64,000 bases of DNA, from the NCBI GenBank assembly GCA_963803735.1, contig CAWDNV010000023.1, positions 21,406 through 85,405 of the forward strand. Direction: 5' to 3'. Position numbers and translations under genes: made by a program. Every line of letters begins with the position of its first letter. Positions within the stretch are counted from its first letter, which is position 1. The notes below the pieces were generated by a model, which ran no database searches, was not told where the DNA came from, and saw only the letters and a list, made by a program, of their open reading frames with translations. Below are positions 57,673-64,000 of the stretch, in pieces. The stretch comes from an uncultured Acidobacteriota bacterium. GTDB taxonomy: Bacteria > Acidobacteriota > Terriglobia > Acidiferrales > UBA7541.

Positions 57673-57711
57673 TCTATTGACCCTCAGTATTTCGGAGTGG
57701 GCAGGCTGAAC

Positions 57712-59535
57712 TCATCTGGCGTCCAAGAAAAGGCGATGCAGAAGTTCCAGGGAAAGGAGCTTGTGGATCGCGGACGTGTAGTTGCGGTTTCCCTTGAGGT
57801 GCCCTAACACGGCAGCTTCCACGCCCTTGCGTTCGAGATAAGGACGCGAAAGCGTTCGAGAGTCGAGCAGCATGTCCCGAACGTATCCTGAGAGTGCGTC
57901 TCTGTACCAGACGCGGAAGTGATAGAACTTATGCCTGCCGAGAAAAAGCTTTTCCAGGTGGAAGGGGGAGAGAAAATGATCCATCCGCGCAAGCCATTGC
58001 GGCATGCCCGTGTCGTAGGCGTATTCTGACCTGAACGAGAATTCGAGGATCGCTCGAGAGAGGATTCTCGATAACGGCCCCGAAGTTCCGCCGACGCCAC
58101 GGTCGCTAGGGATCCGCCCGAGAGCCGCGTTTCCATCACCAATCAGGCGAAGGCGAACGTCGCCGTTCTCTTGCGCCGACTTAGGCGCGCGGAATACCGC
58201 TCGTACGAAGTCATTGCTTAGAAACGGGGACCGAACCGTGAGTTGAGTCTGTTCAAGCGCGAGCACACCTGAGTGATACCAGGGCGACTGGCGAAAAGCA
58301 GAAAAGGTCAGTGGATGTTCGCGACGAAGCTCGGCATATGTTGTCGCCGCCTTTTGAACCTGGGAAAGCATTTCTGCGCGGAATAACCCGGGTGTTGGCT
58401 CGACGGGTTTGAACATTGGTGCCTGGCGGATTATTTCGCTGCCATAAGTGCCAACCACCTTGATCGGCGCAATTTTGCGGGCTCTTTCGCTGACATATAG
58501 GTCAGGCGACCGGCTTAGATCGACGCAGCCTTCGGTCAGGTACATGGTCCGTTCGGCGTAACGGGGGAAATGCTTCAGGAAATCGCCGTCGACCGAGATC
58601 ACCTGGTGAGGGTGTCCGCAGACGTTTGCCACTCGGCGGGCCACGAGAACATCCTCTGAGTCTCGGAAAGGCCCTCCGAATGTGTAGCAGGCAAGCGACT
58701 CCGATGCAGACCTCTGCCAGGCCATGATGATTCGTGTATCGAGCCCGCCTGTGAGGGCTATTCCGATCCGATCCGCGCCGTTGAAGTACTTTGGAAGTGT
58801 TCGCGATACCGTTTCCCGCAGATCCCGATAATACGATTCTGAGTCCAAGGCGGGCTGTTCTTCCCACTCACGAGGCTGGAAATATGCGGATTTTCGTTCG
58901 ATTAAACCACCACGAAAAGTCCAAGTGGAAGCGCCTGGCAGGCGATAGATGCCCTCAAAAAGAGTCCGATCCTGCAAAACGCAGCTAAGGGCAACGAATT
59001 CGCCGAGGCTGCGAGCGTTCGCTCTTCTCAATTCCGGACGAACGCTCAAAATGGCTTTGGCTTCGGCCGCAAAGTAGAAAGCGTCTTTCGATTCATGGTA
59101 GTAAATGCGATAAATTCCGTAGCGGTCGTTGAAGAGGGTGGCCGTCCCTCGTTTGCGATCCACGACCAATCCATGAAACATCCCATCGAGTCCCGCGGGA
59201 AATGACGGATCGTCTTCGTAGAGATGCACGAGATAGCCAGGACCGTGACCATTGGTAGCGTGTCCACGCCCGTTCAACTGCTTAGCCGTCTCAGCGCCGG
59301 CAAATTCCTCGCCCGAAAAGACGAGAACTACGTCTCCTTTTTCGTTGCTGAGGGGCATTCGGCCGGAGGGCGAATTGTTCGCAGCCGACCACCCCACGTA
59401 AACGCCTAACGACTCATCGGCCCAGGTTCCTGTCGTGTAGAAAGGCTCGTGCCGGATGGCCTTCACCATTTGGCACAGCTCTTCGCGAGCCTGTTCGCTG
59501 GGCTTTTTTGTGATTAGTCCGACGATCCCTGGCAT
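57712..59535 (-). CDS. Asparagine synthetase B-like amidotransferase lacking the N-terminal nucleophile Cys.
   Basis: The N-terminus is MPGIVGLI where the family has MCGI. A stop lies two codons upstream. A PP-loop-like LTGGLDT is present. Confidence 0.85.
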   Translation of the reverse strand: MPGIVGLITKKPSEQAREELCQMVKAIRHEPFYTTGTWADESLGVYVGWSAANNSPSGRMPLSNEKGDVVLVFSGEEFAGAETAKQLNGRGHATNGHGPGYLVHLYEDDPSFPAGLDGMFHGLVVDRKRGTATLFNDRYGIYRIYYHESKDAFYFAAEAKAILSVRPELRRANARSLGEFVALSCVLQDRTLFEGIYRLPGASTWTFRGGLIERKSAYFQPREWEEQPALDSESYYRDLRETVSRTLPKYFNGADRIGIALTGGLDTRIIMAWQRSASESLACYTFGGPFRDSEDVLVARRVANVCGHPHQVISVDGDFLKHFPRYAERTMYLTEGCVDLSRSPDLYVSERARKIAPIKVVGTYGSEIIRQAPMFKPVEPTPGLFRAEMLSQVQKAATTYAELRREHPLTFSAFRQSPWYHSGVLALEQTQLTVRSPFLSNDFVRAVFRAPKSAQENGDVRLRLIGDGNAALGRIPSDRGVGGTSGPLSRILSRAILEFSFRSEYAYDTGMPQWLARMDHFLSPFHLEKLFLGRHKFYHFRVWYRDALSGYVRDMLLDSRTLSRPYLERKGVEAAVLGHLKGNRNYTSAIHKLLSLELLHRLFLDAR

Positions 59536-59538
59536 GGC

Positions 59539-60453
59539 CTACTCGCTCGCACCTTTCAGCATGGGCTGGAACTTGTATTGGTACCAATTTCTGCGGAGTT
59601 CACGAAGCTTGGCGGCGACAGATTCAGGGACATAATCAAAAAGTCTGCGGTGCAGGCCAAGACGGAGAGCCGCCGAACCGGCGAGAGTCAAGGGGACATA
59701 GTAACGAGGCAAGTTGATGCGCTCGAAGCCGTTGCGCTCTTTGAAGTCGCTGAGGCTATCTTTTTCCTTTTTGCCATATGCGAAATTCGTGTAAACGAGA
59801 TAGGAGATCTTCCGCTGTGCACAGGAACGGACAGCCTGGACGATCAAGGCGTTGGTTGCAGATTTATCCCGGTGCTGAATCATAGAAACGATGTGCATCA
59901 AGTTTGCTTGCACGCGCGCTTCGTCGAAGGTCAACTTGGCAAAGGCGATCAACTGGGGGCCAAAGAAGGCGCCGATGAAGATACTGTCATCAAGATAGGT
60001 TGCCGCTTCTCTCCCAACGGTTTCGACGTCTTTGCCATAGTGACGGAAAGGTTTTCCTTGCCGAAGGGGACACTCATTGTAAATTTCCCAGATTCCCTTA
60101 ACGAGAGCATCGTTAAACGGCACTTCGCGGACGACGACCCCCTTCTTCTCGGGCTGCTTGGCTTTATTTCTGGCTTTGAAGCCAATCTGTTCGTTCCACC
60201 AGTGGTCAAAAGTGGAGATCGGTATGGCGGCCAGGTTATCCCACTCCATCGGGTAGTCATATTTGGGTGAAGTCTCCGGCAGCCTCTGTAAAAACGTAAA
60301 AATGTCGATGCGGGCTCGAGATTTTCGCAGGCCCTCCAGCATTGATTTTGGATCGTCCAGGAAGAGGTACTTGTCCGCATCGAGCCGGGCCTGCCGGATC
60401 AAGCGCCCTCGGACGCGAACCGCTCTCCCGCACACCGTTAGCATTGAATTCAT
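59539..60453 (-). CDS. Putative FemAB/GNAT-fold acyl- or aminoacyl-transferase.
   Basis: Weak resemblance only (…ATNALIVQAVRSCAQRKISYLVYTNFAYGKKEKDSLSDFKERNGFE…). 3-nt gap to the asnB-like gene. Confidence 0.4.
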   Translation of the reverse strand: MNSMLTVCGRAVRVRGRLIRQARLDADKYLFLDDPKSMLEGLRKSRARIDIFTFLQRLPETSPKYDYPMEWDNLAAIPISTFDHWWNEQIGFKARNKAKQPEKKGVVVREVPFNDALVKGIWEIYNECPLRQGKPFRHYGKDVETVGREAATYLDDSIFIGAFFGPQLIAFAKLTFDEARVQANLMHIVSMIQHRDKSATNALIVQAVRSCAQRKISYLVYTNFAYGKKEKDSLSDFKERNGFERINLPRYYVPLTLAGSAALRLGLHRRLFDYVPESVAAKLRELRRNWYQYKFQPMLKGASE

Positions 60454-60544
60454 GCGATTGTAAGAGTCTTCCTTTCTTCAGGGATTGTGAGGCGGAGTCC
60501 CGCGATCACCTGCACGTAATCCCATTCTGGCTTTGGAATGAAGG

Positions 60545-61738
60545 CTAGTTCTGGAGTCGAGAATTGGTGAAGACTGCCGCATTAGCGCAAGCCGGGGTTG
60601 CGTCTGCTGCCTCGGCCGCGTTCGGCGCAGACATGGACATCGGAATCCCGGGCTCGGTTCGCAGTTGCGTGTCGAGTTGGGCAAAAATTGTGTCCATGAT
60701 TCTGGCCGTCAGGAGGATCTCTCGGTACGGAATGGGAGGCGCAGTGTCTTCAAGGACCGAACTGTAGAAGGACTCAATCAAACACTTCATGCCGGACTTC
60801 ATGTGGAAGTCGTTTTTCAGAAACGTTCGAATATTCGTCTTCGTATTCCCGAGATACTGCTTAGCAAAGATCAACGGGGGTAGGAATTTTTCGGCATAGC
60901 TCTTGAAACGATCGCCGCGAACTTTGATGAGTGTCTCCTGATCCTGATCCAAAATCAGTCCATTTTTGGGGCCATATACACGAAACTGGTGGAGCAAAGG
61001 ACGAATCTGGGATGAGAACGTGAAATATGCGGTCGCACGCTCCTCTTCAGAGATAATGACCCTCAACTCGTCAACAATTTCCTTCTCGCCGATCCGCTTC
61101 AACATCGGGCTCGTGAAGCCATAAGCGATTACGTGCGGCGATGCGGCGGTCAAAAACTCTGCAATTCTGGCAATGCCGTGGCTAATAATGTTGTGCAGCA
61201 GTTTCCCGGGGAGTCTGCGAACCCAATGCCGGTCATCGCCGAGCAAGGCACCCGCATATCCGGAGCGGCCAATTTCGTAGCAGTAATAGCTTTCCATGTG
61301 GACTGGTGCGCCACCCAAAAAACCGTCCTGGACGAGCGTACGCATGCGTCGCGCCACATGGCTGAACTGATCGTCATGTCCTGCGGTGATCTTCAAGCGA
61401 TTATCGTTTGCTATCGCAATCAGCCTTTGGGCCTCTTCTTCGTTCAGTGTGAAGGGCTTCTCCACATACACATGGCATCCATGCTCAAGGCAGGCCTTGG
61501 CAATCTCAAAATGGCTTTTCGGGGGTGTGGTTACGTGGACGACGTCCGGTTTCGTTTCCCTGAGCAGGGTCGCCAAATCGCTGAAGGATCTTTTAACTGC
61601 GAATCTTTGGCAGAACTGTTGGGCCATCAGCGGTTCACTGTCGCAAGCTCCGACAATCGTGCATCCCGAAATCCGCTGGAGCTGCGCGGCGTGCGAATCC
61701 GCGATCTTGCCGCAACCTACTATGGCGACTCTAAGCAT
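60545..61738 (-). CDS. Gfo/Idh/MocA-family oxidoreductase.
   Basis: MLRVAIVGCGKIADSHA Rossmann N-terminus. Its ATG overlaps the stop of the upstream gene (ATGCTTAG). Confidence 0.85.
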   Translation of the reverse strand: MLRVAIVGCGKIADSHAAQLQRISGCTIVGACDSEPLMAQQFCQRFAVKRSFSDLATLLRETKPDVVHVTTPPKSHFEIAKACLEHGCHVYVEKPFTLNEEEAQRLIAIANDNRLKITAGHDDQFSHVARRMRTLVQDGFLGGAPVHMESYYCYEIGRSGYAGALLGDDRHWVRRLPGKLLHNIISHGIARIAEFLTAASPHVIAYGFTSPMLKRIGEKEIVDELRVIISEEERATAYFTFSSQIRPLLHQFRVYGPKNGLILDQDQETLIKVRGDRFKSYAEKFLPPLIFAKQYLGNTKTNIRTFLKNDFHMKSGMKCLIESFYSSVLEDTAPPIPYREILLTARIMDTIFAQLDTQLRTEPGIPMSMSAPNAAEAADATPACANAAVFTNSRLQN

Positions 61739-62813
61739 TTGAATCTGTGCCTCTGCAGGCATGGAAATATCTGCGTAAACCCTCGGCCATCGGAACTGTC
61801 GGAGTCCAACCGAGGGCCCCTTTGACTTTCTGGTTGCTATATCGCGTCTTTTTCCAATGGGCGTGCCACTTTTTGCGGTTGTATACAGGTTCCAATTGCC
61901 CCTTGGACCAGGCCGAATATCTCTCCCACAAATAACAAAGCGCATAACTGAAAACATGAGGGATATAGACCGAGGTGAACCGGCCGACATTCTTCTTGTA
62001 AAGGCGTAGAAATTCGCGACTGGAAGGGAGTTCGTCGTCCACTATATTAAATACCTCGCCATCCACTCCCTTTTTTAGGCCCGCCAGCGCGATCGCCTGT
62101 GCGCAATTATCTACGTACGTGAACGGAATCTGATTGGAACCGCCGAGATGGAGAAAGAAGCCGAATAAATTGATCCCGACGCGTCCGCTGATGCCCGGGT
62201 TGCCAGGGCCATAAACGTATCCAGGCCGAACAATGACGTACGGCATTCCGTAGCTCTTGCCATATTCGGTGACGATTTCTTCCTGCTTGACCTTTGCAAA
62301 GCAGTAGGCGTCTCCCGCCGTTTCGGGCTGTTTGTCGGTGGCGCATGTCTCGTCGAGTACCCGCCCGCGGCGTTTCGTTCGATTCGTATAAACCGCGAAG
62401 GAGCTGACGTTAACGAATCGCCGCAGGGTCTGTTGCAGAAGTGCCGCCTCCATCAGATTGCGGGTGGTTACCACCGAATTCATGAACGCGTCGGGAACAG
62501 ATTTCTCGCCCCTGGCAGCCGCCAGGTGATAAATAACGGCAACATTTCTCGTCGCGCGCTCACAATCGACGGGCGACAGGAGATTGCCTTTTACGAGTTC
62601 AATCCGGGCTCCATGGTTACGGCTGGCGATCTCCTGCAGCTGGGGCACCTTGCTGGAGGCTCTGACAAAACACCGCAAGTTGCGGAATCCACGATCCAGC
62701 AGCATTTGCACAAGTCTGGATCCGATGAAGCCGCTGGCTCCTGTTATCAGGATCAGGTCATCCGGCTGGATGAGCATAGATTTGAGTTCAGTCTGTCCCA
62801 TATTTCGATGCAT
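61731..62813 (-). CDS. NAD-dependent epimerase/dehydratase (extended SDR).
   Basis: ITGASGFIGSRLV and the YCFAK catalytic motif. Confidence 0.85.
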   Translation of the reverse strand: MHRNMGQTELKSMLIQPDDLILITGASGFIGSRLVQMLLDRGFRNLRCFVRASSKVPQLQEIASRNHGARIELVKGNLLSPVDCERATRNVAVIYHLAAARGEKSVPDAFMNSVVTTRNLMEAALLQQTLRRFVNVSSFAVYTNRTKRRGRVLDETCATDKQPETAGDAYCFAKVKQEEIVTEYGKSYGMPYVIVRPGYVYGPGNPGISGRVGINLFGFFLHLGGSNQIPFTYVDNCAQAIALAGLKKGVDGEVFNIVDDELPSSREFLRLYKKNVGRFTSVYIPHVFSYALCYLWERYSAWSKGQLEPVYNRKKWHAHWKKTRYSNQKVKGALGWTPTVPMAEGLRRYFHACRGTDSNA

Positions 62814-62839
62814 AAGCGAATGGACCTAACTGCAGAAGC

Positions 62840-64000
62840 TCAAATTCCTTTGCCTAAAGACATTCGTTTGCCAAACAGACTGGCGAGCGAAGACAGCTCG
62901 AGAAGGCCGGGCAGGGGATCATCCCAAGCGAAAATCGCGGACTCCACGGGGACTCGGAACGATTTGAGGTACTCCCAAATCGAGAGGCGACCCTTGAAAA
63001 TTTCAGAGATAGCCATGGGCAGATCGGCGGAGAAGCGCATCCAGCGCTCACCTGCGCGTCCGCGCAACTCCGACAGCGGTTCTCCCTTTAACAGGAGCCA
63101 AAGAAGGTGAGGGAAGTCGACGCCGGCACGTTGACCCAGCGTATGCCAACCCCAGACCCTCGGATTCACGTCGAGCAGTTTGTATTGACCGTCGCGTATA
63201 TCCCTCTTGAACTCGACTTCCGCGATGCCGGTGAAATCAATCTGTGCGAGCAATCGAACAGCGGCTTCAACCACTTGCGGCTCGTCCACGGTTTCAACGT
63301 AGGTGCTGAATCTACCGTAATCCATCGGAAACTGCCGTACGCGCCGAGCCACGACCGAGGCAGCGGGTCGACCGTTTTTGAACAGCGCCGCATAGGAAAA
63401 CTGCGCCTCGCCCCATCCGGGCACGACTTCCTGGACCATGATCATATCCGGGCCGATGAGCTCACAGGCCTCTTCATAGCGCGTCAGCAGAGACGCGCGA
63501 TTTGCGACAGGCCATGCTTTATCTTTGGTGAAACGATTGAATCCCAACCTTAAAGCGGGTTTCAGAATGACAGGAAACCGGCATTGGAGCGAGGCAAGCT
63601 CGTCACGATTACGCGGGAAGAATGAACAGGGCTGGTTTATTCCCAGATCTTGCGCAAGCCGGTGCAGAAGCCGTTTGTCGCAGACCCACTGCAATGCATC
63701 CCAGGATGGAATGGTTAGCCGATAATGCGCGGCCAGGGACTTGTGATGACGGGCGATCAGCATCACAAGCTCATCCGTGGTCGGAAATAGTGCCCACCCC
63801 TTCAGCCCTTCCTTGACCGCTAAATTCGCCAGAAACTCGAGCTGTTTCAACCCGTCACCAACTGGCCAGCGCAGGCTCCGAGAGGTATACCGCGAAGCCG
63901 CTCCGAGAAAGTGCCCCTCTTCTCTCAACACGCAAACGGGTATGCCTCGCCGTCCCAAGCTCCGCACGATGCCTAGTCCACGGTAATCCGCACCGGTGAC
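62840..64000 (-). CDS. ATP-grasp carboxylate-amine ligase. The 5' end lies outside the window.
   Basis: The frame stays open to nt 64000 (VTGADYRGLGIVRSLGRRGIPV...). ATP-grasp body (PVILKP, MVQEVVPG, EVEFKRD...KLLDVNPR). Confidence 0.75.
   Translation of the reverse strand, partial: VTGADYRGLGIVRSLGRRGIPVCVLREEGHFLGAASRYTSRSLRWPVGDGLKQLEFLANLAVKEGLKGWALFPTTDELVMLIARHHKSLAAHYRLTIPSWDALQWVCDKRLLHRLAQDLGINQPCSFFPRNRDELASLQCRFPVILKPALRLGFNRFTKDKAWPVANRASLLTRYEEACELIGPDMIMVQEVVPGWGEAQFSYAALFKNGRPAASVVARRVRQFPMDYGRFSTYVETVDEPQVVEAAVRLLAQIDFTGIAEVEFKRDIRDGQYKLLDVNPRVWGWHTLGQRAGVDFPHLLWLLLKGEPLSELRGRAGERWMRFSADLPMAISEIFKGRLSIWEYLKSFRVPVESAIFAWDDPLPGLLELSSLASLFGKRMSLGKGI

Noticed and set aside
1-64000. 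Search for defence systems, prophage or mobile elements as the hidden system.
   Set aside because: I saw no integrase, transposase, recombinase, nuclease/helicase/ATPase combination, toxin-antitoxin pair or phage structural genes. The accessory character of the window is limited to the exported-protein island and the polysaccharide island.

Overview
This looks like a chromosomal segment from an acidobacterium. The evidence is a TIGR03436-type VWFA-related acidobacterial domain protein, many Sec- or Tat-exported hypothetical proteins, and a GC-rich composition. I found no rRNA, tRNA, CRISPR array, transposase, integrase or recognisable defence genes.

Gene order:
- Truncated hypothetical protein and small exported proteins.
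- RraA-like protein, then an RND efflux operon (adaptor, pump, TolC).
- DUF3309-like mini-protein and a Tat-exported LVIVD beta-propeller.
- Two orphan response regulators flanking a family III CoA-transferase.
- First copy of a two-gene exported cassette (DUF6152-like small protein plus a roughly 295-aa partner).
- TOBE/HTH regulator, thrC, pheA, an ICMT-like methyltransferase and a cupin.
- M1 aminopeptidase with a HEAT-repeat tail, broken by frame changes.
- Hydroxypyruvate/glycerate module (glycerate 2-kinase, GlcG, 2-hydroxyacid dehydrogenase) next to a lactate/glycolate permease.
- Island of exported proteins: B3-type metallo-beta-lactamase fold, an orphan paralog of the cassette partner, an NHL propeller, a cupin, and the second cassette copy preceded by a 13-14 nt tandem repeat array.
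- Arsenic locus: arsR plus a small CxxC protein, divergent from arsM-arsC-aquaglyceroporin, with a clear palindromic operator.
- About 700 nt of repeat-rich non-coding DNA.
- Membrane metallophosphoesterase, AsmA, and a glycine-zipper lipoprotein.
- A 1040-aa orphan exported protein co-oriented with a VWA protein, then a CxxS redoxin.
- From about 45 kb to the window edge, a more AT-rich polysaccharide (Wzx/Wzy-type) island. It contains several methyltransferases, two paralogous FN3 mini-proteins, a flavoprotein, a beta-helix protein, GT4, flippase, a Wzy/O-antigen-ligase-like protein, an AsnB-like protein without the catalytic Cys, a FemAB/GNAT-like protein, two oxidoreductases and an ATP-grasp ligase.

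Candidates for undescribed biology, most interesting first:
1. The repeated DUF6152-like/partner cassette and the exported island around it.
2. The 1040-aa protein plus VWA pair.
3. The Tat-exported His-rich LVIVD propeller.
4. The amide or aminoacyl decoration sub-cluster of the polysaccharide island.

All functional calls rest on motif recognition by eye. No database search was run.
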